From positions 672,001 through 736,000 of the forward strand of contig AL929603.2 in the NCBI GenBank assembly GCA_000002445.1: a stretch of 64,000 nt of DNA, read 5' to 3'. This DNA comes from Trypanosoma brucei (taxonomy: Eukaryota). Of this stretch, positions 52,456 through 62,456 are shown one piece after another. Position 1 is the stretch's first letter; the number at the start of each line of letters is the position of its first letter. The notes under the pieces are model-generated. The model worked only from the letters and a program-made list of their open reading frames with translations. It searched no databases and was not told the origin of the DNA. Position numbers and translations under genes: made by a program.

Positions 52456-53505
52456 ATGTCGACATCAAAATCTGAAAAAGGTGAAGAAAGTTTTGCAGAG
52501 GGAGAAAGTAATAACGAAAGTGATGATGACAGTGGTAATGATGGCGGGCATGAAGCAAATAATAATAATAATAATTGCAACAATGGAAGTGCTGAGGCCT
52601 GCACAAAAGAAGAGACACCGGTGGCACGGAACGGGAATAATAGCGAATCCCCGCCACAACAAGAAGAGAAACCCGCCACCCAGTCCAGTATTCTTGCGCT
52701 TTCTTGGTGTTGGGGAATGGTGGATCTTTTAAGGCTGAAAAATTTCACAGAGTTAACAGAGGTGAATGTTAACAACTGTGTTGACCTCGCAACTCTAATG
52801 GGACTGAAATATTGCAAGAAATTGAAAAGACTTAATCTCCACAAGTGTACAAAACTACAAGACCTGTCGGAAGCGGGGAGTTGCTGGAGGTTGGAGACTT
52901 TGATTGTGTGCGAATGCGAGCGACTCGAAAATTTGAGAGGGTTGGGGGGTCATCAGAGATTATCGTGCGTCAGAATTTCCCGCTGTGGGATGCTCGCCGA
53001 GGTAAACCTCGACGGTACCGTAAAGCTCAAAAAATTGTCCATTGACGAATGCTGGGCACTGAAAGAGGTTTATGTAACAAGATGTAAAACATTAGAATCG
53101 GTTGCACTTGTCGACTGCAGCCGACTAAAGAGTTTGTGTGGGCTCGTCCACCTGGTGTCTCTAAAATCACTTAATCTGGAGGGGTGCATAAGCATCGCGG
53201 AAATCGGGACCTTGAACACAAATAATAAGTTGGAAAGACTCAACCTTGGAAATTGCTTTATGTTGACAGATATGGAATTTCTGAATCACTGCATGAAGCT
53301 GAAGAGAGTGGTGGCTCTGGGAGTCCCCATAGATGAAGTGGTGAAAAGTAATTTAAGGAATAGGGGCGTCAGAGTTATTGATGAAAACGATGTGGATGAA
53401 TCATACAAGTGTTACCAACGACAATATCTGGAACGGGCATCCGTTGCGGAAAAGTCGTTACAGTGGGAGGAAAATGTTAAGGAAATTCTCTCGTACCCTC
53501 GTTAA
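52456..53505 (+). CDS. leucine-rich repeat protein
   Basis: Tandem ~23-25-aa LRRs, e.g. 'LKRLNLHKCTKLQDLS', 'LETLIVCECERLENLRGL', 'LKKLSIDECWALKEV' and 'LKSLNLEGCISIAEI'. The acidic N-terminus has a poly-N run. It is the last gene of the + array. Confidence 0.6.
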   Translation: MSTSKSEKGEESFAEGESNNESDDDSGNDGGHEANNNNNNCNNGSAEACTKEETPVARNGNNSESPPQQEEKPATQSSILALSWCWGMVDLLRLKNFTELTEVNVNNCVDLATLMGLKYCKKLKRLNLHKCTKLQDLSEAGSCWRLETLIVCECERLENLRGLGGHQRLSCVRISRCGMLAEVNLDGTVKLKKLSIDECWALKEVYVTRCKTLESVALVDCSRLKSLCGLVHLVSLKSLNLEGCISIAEIGTLNTNNKLERLNLGNCFMLTDMEFLNHCMKLKRVVALGVPIDEVVKSNLRNRGVRVIDENDVDESYKCYQRQYLERASVAEKSLQWEENVKEILSYPR

Positions 53506-53650
53506 TGTGCCATACAAAATTATAGGCTTCGCAAACTAGTGAACATTATACATTGAACATATGTGCATACATGACTGGTTTTGATTGCATTATGTCGCCA
53601 GCCTTCTAAAGCTGACAACGCTCAGCTTAGTTGACTTACGCTTTTTACAT

Positions 53651-53678
53651 CCCAGCCCCTGCACGTGGTAGGGCTGGG
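53651..53678. other. GC-rich perfect 8-bp inverted repeat (hairpin) with a 12-nt loop containing CACGTG, 150 nt past the LRR gene stop
   Basis: 'CCCAGCCC ctgcacgtggta GGGCTGGG'. Confidence 0.5.
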
Positions 53679-54850
53679 GCACAAATGACACATAAAGAGA
53701 AAGAAGGAAACTAACGCAGAGAAATTGGAAATGAAGAGGGAGGAAGCCCTTCAGGTATTTGTCGTGTGGCATTTATGTTGCAGGTTTGCAAACTTTTTCT
53801 CTCAGTTACTTTACCACAAGGGAATGTAGAGACTGGATGAGGGAATTGTCCGTATGTCCGTCACGACAATGGCGGGGAGGAGGCGTGGGTGGGAAACGTA
53901 ACTCAGGGATGGCTGCGCGTCGCCACGAAAGTGAGACACGGCCTGCCAGAACCCTGAGCCAGGCGAGTAACCAAGCACGAGATCAGGTTAACGAAAACGG
54001 GAAGCAGGAGAACATTGCGAGCTCCTCTTTTTTTTTTCTTTTCCTCATGGTGTGGTGAGGCTGTGTCCCGTTTTAAACACCTAAAACACTTCCTGGCATC
54101 GCCGTCGAAGGGCAGACAGGAATAGACGCGAAATGTAACTGCACTTTTTCGCACTTGCCGGGGCGCGCCGCAGGGGGTGCACAAACAGCTGGGAGGGACA
54201 AGGCTGCCGGCACGCCCCTCATGTTTCATTGGGTTCCGACGCGACGCGGCAACGGGGACTCGCTTACAAACGGATTTGAAGAGAGGGGGACCACCCATAA
54301 GCGAATTTGTATTCGTTTTCCGGCGTGACGCTCCTCTTTTTCTTCCCCCACCTCGCCTGACGATACTGAACAAGCCGCTCACGGGCCTGGGCTCCTCAAC
54401 TTCCGCCGCGGTACGGGCACAGGCAATGGAGCCGTCTCCTCCTTGCCGTGCGGGTGAAAAGAGTTAGCCCCATCGTTCCATTCCGCACTTCGGCACCACC
54501 CTGCATTCAACCCCCAAGGAGAAATTGGCGCGCGGCTACCCACCCTCTGTCGTGGGATATCGCGGGTCCCTGCTCTGTCGGGCCCGTCAAAACGCCAAGA
54601 TCCCTTATTTGCGCGATTTCATCACCCATGCCGACGATCCTTGGGCTCAATCAAAAACCCAGCGCGGCAACAGCAACAAACGACCCACTGCGGCGCACAA
54701 ATTCAAATGAATCACGACTGCCATCCGACGGCATCTCATAAACCGGTATGCGCCGGGGCCCACAGCCGATCGCACACTTCTCTAAGTTATCACATCGTTC
54801 CAAACTCCTACCGGCAGCAAAAAGGCACGCCGAGGAAGCTTTTCTTTCCG

Positions 54851-54867
54851 CCCCCCCCCCCCCCCCC
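54851..54867. repeat. C17 homopolymer (G17 on the minus strand) inside the strand-switch region
   Basis: 'ccgccccccccccccccccccaacc'. Confidence 0.85.
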
Positions 54868-56537
54868 AACCGAAGGACTTACGAGTTTTCTTTAAGCAGG
54901 CAGCAGCGGCAATAAAGAGGGGGGCGATATATTCTGGGTCAAACAGACGCCGAGCAACATTCGCGGCGTCAGACCCAAAGCCAACGGAAGTAAAGAAGTT
55001 GCAACCGTAAAAACAGGAACACAAGCCAAAAATAAAAATGGTAAAGAAAAAAGGAAAAAAATGGGGACTGCGCGACTTAGCACGTGCACATTAACGACCG
55101 CTAAAGCAAAGAATACTCCGCACGTAATGCATTTACGTCGCTTAAACTTCATACGGTAGCAAGCACACGCCACAGCGAGCATAAATACATATCAGATTCA
55201 TCCATTTGCTTCCCATCGTATTGCAACAACGTTAGCAAACCTTTGCTTCATGCTGCAGCCCCTAATGATAAAGGTGACCATCCGATCCCACAACGCCAAC
55301 CACGAAGATCCAAAGCACTCAAGATCGTTGGAGTTATTCACAAAAACATGCTTGGAAGCGTTTCATCGCTCCTTCACACAGTCCCTAAAGGTTTAAAAAG
55401 CGTTACCGCGATAGCAAGGAGACCCAAGTGAGTCACCCGTGCCAAAATTTTGAAGATGCCAACAAACAAATATATATCATCCTAGTTACGGTTCAAATAT
55501 ATTGACCGGTGGGTGGACATGAACACACACATACACACATGCAGTTTGCACATGTCAGGAAATTGTGCAGCAACGTTCTGCCTGAGGAATCAAAAGGTGA
55601 AAACGGCTCCCAAAACTTGCAATAGTGGGCGCCTCAGCTGAGGAAATCTTCACAAAAATAAGGAAAGCAATGGTTAACCCTTCACTTCACTACCCGCAAT
55701 ACTCCACCGGAGGTGCCAATGACAGATGGCCACGCAACGGACTTCACCGCGGGGACTTGGCTCGACCAAACAGTTACCAATACTTGGGCGTGGACCGTTG
55801 AGTGCAATGACACGATAACCACACACCCCCGGCACAACAAAGGTGGAACCATGGATTCGCCTTCGGAACCTCAAGAAGATAGACAACCCGCAGCGTCACA
55901 TTTCATAGAATTCACGTTCAGCTGCGGCTCCTGCGCCAAAAAGAAACTGCACGTCCTTTCCTCCTTCCTTAACAGCCTCCCCCACCCGTCAGTCAGAAGT
56001 TATTGCTCGCATCTTACTACAGGTGCATACGGAAAACAAGCGCCACATTCCCCTACCCACAGCAAAGAGTTGGCGCTCGACCTACCATTCATACCCACAT
56101 TCTTGTTTTCCCCCTTATCTCCCCACATGGTTTCAACTCCCGTCAGCGGTTCACAAGTACCAGTATGCTTCCATAAGGCGAATATCTGACAAGAACAATT
56201 CTTTCCACGATGACCAATGTTTCCTGTGCGAATCACCGCAGTAAGGAAATGAAAGGGGATGAAAACCTTCACTTCCATTACCTTAAACAATGCAAATTTA
56301 CATTACACGACCTTTCTCCCACACATACACCATGTTTCGCAGCGCACAACAGCTATTCGCGAACCCTGAAGTCTGACTTTCCCTCAGAAACAGTCTGGTT
56401 GATAATGTCAAAGAAAACTCTCAAACATTAACCAAAGTCTTCGTAGCTTTTAAAAACATCAAGACCTGCATATCGGTTAATAGCCTACTCCTCTTGCAGA
56501 CTTGCTCGACCATTTGATTACATACCCCAAGTCCTCA

Positions 56538-56855
56538 TTATCGATTGACTCCCCGTTCCAACATATCAAGCAAAAGTTCCAAGTACCTCCTGTTTTGCCG
56601 TTGGAGCTGCTTCATTTGATTAGCAAATTCTACACGTATATCCTGCAGTTGTTTCTGCTGCTCATCTCTCAACTGCTCTGGTTGTGCAGTGGAAATAATA
56701 CCCAACTTTCCCAGCTGTTGGCGCATATCCTCCGCCGTGCGTTCATCGTCATTCAAAGATGGCACAAAGTCGCTCAGAATATCCCTAGATCCCTTCAGCG
56801 TCTCCATCGACGATTTGGATTGATCTGGGGTGGCATTTTCTGTCACTTGAAGCAT
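56538..56855 (-). CDS. small coiled-coil protein (hypothetical, 105 aa)
   Basis: ATG-initiated minus-strand ORF. The sequence is E/Q/R/L heptad-like ('QLRDEQQKQLQDIRVEFANQMKQLQRQNRRYLELLLDML'). The overlapping plus-strand ORF is Leu-rich antisense junk. Confidence 0.35.
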   Translation of the reverse strand: MLQVTENATPDQSKSSMETLKGSRDILSDFVPSLNDDERTAEDMRQQLGKLGIISTAQPEQLRDEQQKQLQDIRVEFANQMKQLQRQNRRYLELLLDMLERGVNR

Positions 56856-59562
56856 CGTTTAGTGGCGCTTTCGCCGCTTGAAAGCCAGTGTGGGAAAGTG
56901 CACCCTGGCCCGTGACATTCCCTTGGCTCATCATCAAAACGGAAAAAATAAAGTCGTGCAGCTGTCTTGCGTCTTCCGTGGCCACAATATTTGTCAGAGC
57001 CTCGACGCCAAGTCAATGTATAGGGAGTTAAGCTCTGTTTTGCCGGCCGACCGCCGATCAACATCCCCCACCAAATCCCGAAGTGGTTTTCTGTGTACCT
57101 CGCCTCCGCGTCCGCAACAAACGTTCCACATAGTCACTCACTTTAACCCTCTTTTTTTGGAGCACGTGCGTGCGGTGCGGCGAATGCAAATAGAAACCGG
57201 TAAATATGTTTACAGTCCAAAGAGAAACAACTCAGTGAAGAAATAGCAAGTTTTTCCGCAATGGTATCGCGATTGCGGCTCCCAATTTTCAACGTTCCTC
57301 AAACTACTGTTAGCCCAGCGACTCCCAACAAAAACAATTATATGGGACCAGATTAAACCGACTCTGACATTTTCACGACAGAACCACCCAGCTGAATCAC
57401 AACTCAGTGGAACCACCCGAACAACAAAAAGCACATGTACTCAAATGGGGGGGGGGTCCGAAGCCTTTCCCCAAACAAGCGCGGTATACCATTTCCTCGA
57501 CAAAATAACACTGACAAAGAAACCGCACACAAACACACACACCTCCCATAAATTTACCCCAGCACATTCACTCACAAAGGCATAACCCGCATGAAAATGC
57601 ATGCGCGTGCATGTGTTTGGCGGCATGTGCCATACGATGCCGCTTAGGAGTCGGGCGCAAAACAGGTTGTGTCTGCCGACATGGAAGAGGAAATTAGTGA
57701 TTTTAGATGCACAACCGAAACTGCGACCACAAAAGAAATGGTTCAAGGCAATGGACCGGGCGGGGGACGGGAACCCCAAGCAGACATAACAACACGGTGA
57801 GAAATAATGAACGAAACATTTACCAGCAGGGAATGGGCCGCGCAAGGCGAACCCACAAGCAGAGAAACACAAACACATTAGCATATATTTATGTCGGTAT
57901 GCTTCACCATACGGTTGTACAGTAACAGACGCCCCGTCGATAGACTCAACCGCTTTTTCTGCTCCTCTTTTTATTTACGGGAAAATGAGGAACTGAAATA
58001 ATAATGACAGACTACAGCGTGTGTTTCACGCCTTGCACACACACCTAATTCGTAGCGACAAACTTACATAGGTTATTACGAGAGTAATCCTCTCCATGTG
58101 GTGAAAAGGTGAAAGGGAAAAGTAGCGCCTAGATGAGTTTTGCGCAACGCCCTAACTTGAACTCAGCTGCTACTGTATTTTTTTATTCTTTTTATTTTTC
58201 AACTTTTAGGACATGCGAACGCAACTGCATTACGCGTTGGGAAATACACACAGCAACAAAGCACTTCGGGATCGTGCCAAAACAACCATGCATGTATGTA
58301 TGTATATTAATAAAACGCTTTTACTTGAAATGTAACCTCCCTAGAGCTCATTGGAAAATATAACGGCCCTTCCCGTTTACCCACCCTCCTCGCACAAAAA
58401 CATACATACGTTTATGCATATGTGGATACATTTATAAGATATGCAATGGAAAGGGTGGAAAGGGAACAACAAGACGGAATTAATGGTAGGAGTCGTCATC
58501 TTACGCCTTTTGTCAGCCCTATCCCATGGCACACGCGCACGCACAGGCACTTGCACTTGCACTTGCACTAAACACACTCCGAAAGCACAAGTCAGCGATT
58601 TGCGTGTAAAAACAAAAACACGAGCAGACTCTACGGATGTAAAACAAAAAAAGCAAGTGGTTTCCATTAAACATAAGGCACGGCAAACAGCACAGATATT
58701 TTTCCACATGTATAACGTCATATTGTCTTACATTTTCCATGATGAGTATCTCACCACTGGAGTCACACAAATGTTCCTCTCATGTATTCGAATACCGACC
58801 TTCAGTACCGTGCCCACAAGTATGCACTCGTGAATTTCAACATCAAACATAATAAAGGCAGTCCATCACTTAAATATAAATGTGTGATAAGTTCGTTTCG
58901 GAGTTCCCGCGCCTTTTTTCTCTCTTCTTTTTCTTGTCCTATTATTGCCTTGTTATTATCATTACTATTGTTGTTGTTATTGCTTTTGTAAGCCCTTTCG
59001 ACTAGTGTGCCAAACTTTCGCAATTCGGAAAGATCCGCCCCCGCTCAGCCCACACATACGCACTTCTCTGTTTTAACAGCACGGAGAGAGACGGATGTGT
59101 TTTCATGCGATAAATGATACACGACTTCGTTTGTTTTGCTTCAGCCATATATGCTGCAAACCCAATCTCACATCTCCTTTATACGGCAAACTTATACGAA
59201 AATGACACATAAAACCAAATAGTAGAGATACCTTTTTTTAAAAAAAAAATTAGAAAAATAGAATTCAGCAAGTTGCCCTGAAAGGAAAGAAGATGTGCAC
59301 CGCCCATAAACCACATACACACATACATGTGTGTGTGTATGTGTGTACATATGTGCAATGAGAAAACGAAAGAATTAATTAACTACATCACTTGAAGAAA
59401 AGGAAAAATACAAGAGAAATTCATGGGAAGAATTTTAAAAATAACCAATAGGAATCATCATGCTCGCCACCAGCATCAGCCACAAATAAATAAATGTGTG
59501 TAAAAGAGAGAGAGAAAAAAAAAAGAGAAGAGCCTTCAAATGGCGGTAAGAGTGAAGTGAAT

Positions 59563-59602
59563 AACAATAATAATAATAATAATAATGATAATAATAATAA
59601 TA
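59563..59602. repeat. (AAT)n microsatellite
   Basis: 'aataataataataataataatgataataataataatatt'. Confidence 0.85.
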
Positions 59603-59722
59603 TTTTCTGTGGTGATAACAATAAAACACAATAAGTAGAAAGTGTAGGGTTGGGGAGAAACAGCTGAGCCGGGGCACAGGAAAAGGAAATAAAAATAAAG
59701 GGAATGAGATGTTGTACACAAA

Positions 59723-60211
59723 CTATTTGGATTTCTTCAGACGACTGAATTCCACAGTGAATTGCGATACGGATACCGCATTTCCCGATTTTTCATCATA
59801 TTCCATCCAATCTGTGCTCAAATCCGCTGCCTCAAACGTCGCTCCCTCCGCTTCCACCACCCACTTGTCATCAATCTCCAATTCCGTAGGCGTCGCTCCC
59901 CGCACTTCAATTATCAGTATTGAATTCCCATCGCCTTTTCCATTATCCTCTTCAGGGCGGTACGTGCCGTAACTCTCGGGGTCAATATGTGCAGTGATGA
60001 GAGTTTTGCATGAAGCGCATTTGAAGGCGGCGTTACGCGTCCCGCCACCGCCGCTGTCACATTCCTCGCTCTCATCAACATAAACAAAATTAGGACTGAA
60101 TTCCCTGCAGGCATCACATGTTACTTTCAAACCCCAGTTGCGAGGACGCATTGGGCGAATACAAACAACACCTTCCGTTTCAGCGGACACCGAAAGGCGG
60201 TAAAGTGGCAT
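59723..60211 (-). CDS. DUF866 / CXXC-motif zinc-binding protein (C1orf123-like)
   Basis: 162 aa with two CxxC pairs ('CDAC...' and 'CASC') at the spacing typical of the DUF866 family. ATG start confirmed on the reverse complement. Confidence 0.5.
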   Translation of the reverse strand: MPLYRLSVSAETEGVVCIRPMRPRNWGLKVTCDACREFSPNFVYVDESEECDSGGGGTRNAAFKCASCKTLITAHIDPESYGTYRPEEDNGKGDGNSILIIEVRGATPTELEIDDKWVVEAEGATFEAADLSTDWMEYDEKSGNAVSVSQFTVEFSRLKKSK

Positions 60212-60770
60212 TCGTAAAACTTCAAAGGGATTTTTTTTTAAAAAAAAGGGCTGTTAAGAGTTGAAAGGCAGTGACAGTGCGCAGCGGCTTGCGTGTGTAA
60301 GTAATAAATGTATTTGTTTGGCCTTCCGTATGTGTATCTGCAGGCTTACCTGCGTCTTTTCTTACTTGTTCGTATCTGCTATGAGTACAGAAATGGGGAG
60401 AGAGGAATACTGATGATGTCCCTCAATCCTTACACGATGTTTCACGTCCAACAATAATAGAGGAAAAAGTCTTGTGGCGGGTGATGAGATTTTGTTGCTT
60501 TTTGGGGGAGGAGGGAAATAAAAAGGGGAAAAAGGAGAACAGAGCTCCAAAAAACAAAAAACAAAGGAAATTACGCCACGTGGTGGAGAAACATTGACAA
60601 GGAATACAGCAGAAACGGCCTGCGATGCGACACGGTGGACAAGAAAACCCCCCACATTCTTGGAGGAAATTAATATTCGCGTGGTGACGGTAGTGGTTGG
60701 GGAGGTGACCACTTTAAAAAAAAAAAAGAGAGAGAAAGGAAGGAAGGAAGTGCAGAAACAGTGCAGCAAG

Positions 60771-61820
60771 CTAAACACCTGCAATACGCTGCGTGCAATA
60801 GTCGTCAATGATAGCAACACAAGCTAATGCAAACTTACGCGCAACGTATGGATAATATGACTCTGGGGCATTAAACATAACACAATTTGCGGTAATGTGC
60901 CAAACTGCCTGCTCCAGTTCCTGTAGTGTCCTAATCACATTGCCCTTCTCTCCACTATTCGTTGCAATCGAAAAATGTGGTGGCTGAGAAACCGCAGATG
61001 CTCTCGATGTCACACCGCCATTTCCTCGCTCACGCTTCCGCGATCCAACGCCTACATTATTTTGCCCCGTAGGCAAGTAAGCACCTGACTGATGTTTGTG
61101 CAATTCATAATCACGACGGGCCGCTAACACACGCCTCTTGACGCACATCAGCGAGAGTGGCTGATGAATTACCGTAACATACGGCCCGGAACGGACGCCA
61201 TTAAACTCCATCACGGTTGAAGGAACAACCGGGGCTAAAAACACGGCGGCGCCATCCACAAGGGTGAATTGTTGTACGAGATCAATGAGAATATCTGGGC
61301 TTATAAGTTCCCGCCGCAAATTGTGCCAGCGCGCCTTCTGCTCAGAAGTGAGTTTACGAAATGCCGCCTCCCGGCCGCAGAATCCACTTTCATCCCATAC
61401 CGATGTTGCGACAGTTGGTGAACCACTCAAAACACCAACAGGAATCCCCGGTTCCCCGCCTGCTGCACCCGCTGACACTTTCGTCACATCCAACACTCCC
61501 ACAGCCGCTGATGTTCCGGAAACGGAACTCCGATGAATGCCTGCTAATGTTGTTGCTGTTGTGGTGGTGGTGGTGCTTTCAATGCGCTGCCGCAGCTTTT
61601 CTGAGAGTTTATTACTAAAGTCCTTGCAGGCGGCTTCCATTGCGGGACGGCTCCCATGCACCTGAAGGTAATGATAATACAACTCCTTCACACGTGTCGC
61701 CGGGAGCATTAGTTTGGTGAGAGAATAAAAAAGAGATGAAATCAACAACCAGTCGTGCTCTTCCTCCTCGGGATCCACAAGTCGAACCATCAAACTCTGT
61801 AACACATCGACATGTCGCAT
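60771..61820 (-). CDS. bromodomain-containing protein (candidate bromodomain factor)
   Basis: The C-terminal region 'FLAPVVPS...YVTVIHQPLSLMCVKRRVL' follows the ZA-loop pattern (FxxPV...Y..I..PMDL.TI..KL), and the downstream 'ITANCVMFNAPESYYPYVARKFA' follows NCxxYN...S.Y..A. ATG start confirmed. Confidence 0.5.
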   Translation of the reverse strand: MRHVDVLQSLMVRLVDPEEEEHDWLLISSLFYSLTKLMLPATRVKELYYHYLQVHGSRPAMEAACKDFSNKLSEKLRQRIESTTTTTTATTLAGIHRSSVSGTSAAVGVLDVTKVSAGAAGGEPGIPVGVLSGSPTVATSVWDESGFCGREAAFRKLTSEQKARWHNLRRELISPDILIDLVQQFTLVDGAAVFLAPVVPSTVMEFNGVRSGPYVTVIHQPLSLMCVKRRVLAARRDYELHKHQSGAYLPTGQNNVGVGSRKRERGNGGVTSRASAVSQPPHFSIATNSGEKGNVIRTLQELEQAVWHITANCVMFNAPESYYPYVARKFALACVAIIDDYCTQRIAGV

Positions 61821-62380
61821 ATACCCCTTCTTTTTCTTTTCTTTTGAGTTGCACAGCCGTGTGGCCGTGAAGAACCGAAAGAAGAGTCAACAGCACTACT
61901 AAGAGGAGGGGGAAAAAAAGCGCACACACAAGTATATCTTACCTGAAGTTATTCAAATATATATAGATATATATATATATATATATTTGATTGCGTGTTT
62001 AATGTATATTTATGTATATATGTATATACTCACACTCGCCTTATTCTTGCGTCCCGCCATCCAAGAAATAAAAAGGAAGCCAGAGATGTTGTGAGCGAAA
62101 GCTGTTGCACACGGGGATGTTAATCAAACAATAAGCAGCAGAAGATGCGGATGAAAAAAACAACAAAAGAAACCATTAAACATGTGGAATGGCGTTCGCA
62201 TCTACACGTATATATGTGTGTATGTGCCCTTGACCGGAAAAAAAAAAAAGTAAGCAAACGCTTCTCTGAAAAGTCTTTTCTTTTTTTTTAAAAAAACAGA
62301 ATCGTTGAATGTACAGTGACAAAACACAGAAGCACACAAACACAAACTCAATCAGACAGAGAGATATACACACACACACA

Positions 62381-62420
62381 TATATATATATATATATTTA
62401 TTTATATATATATATATATC
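62381..62420. repeat. (TA)n compound microsatellite
   Basis: 'catatatatatatatatatttatttatatatatatatatatc'. Confidence 0.85.
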
Positions 62421-62456
62421 ACACCTGCGGTTGATCCTCCTTCAAACAAACATCCC

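Larger units (their letters stand above)
53506..56537. other. convergent strand-switch region between the + and - gene arrays
   Basis: The last + gene ends at 53505, and the first convincing - gene ends (3' end) at 56538. No credible CDS on either strand lies between them. Confidence 0.6.

Noticed and set aside
53903-54382. 159-aa minus-strand ORF, and other 60-100-aa ORFs, in the strand-switch region
   Set aside because: They are basic and R/G/P-rich, in mutually inconsistent frames, with no motif. I regard them as random ORFs in GC-rich non-coding DNA, though the region itself is flagged as a finding.
53506-59722. Search for tRNA, snRNA or spliced-leader RNA genes in the strand-switch region and long spacers
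   Set aside because: I looked for T-loop/B-box signatures (GGTTCGAATCC-like, or GGATTCGAACC on the other strand). I also looked for the SL exon sequence and for C/D-box pairs with appropriate spacing. I found only chance partial matches, e.g. 'ggattcgccttcggaacc' at ~55845, with no cloverleaf context. Without tools I cannot exclude divergent small RNAs.
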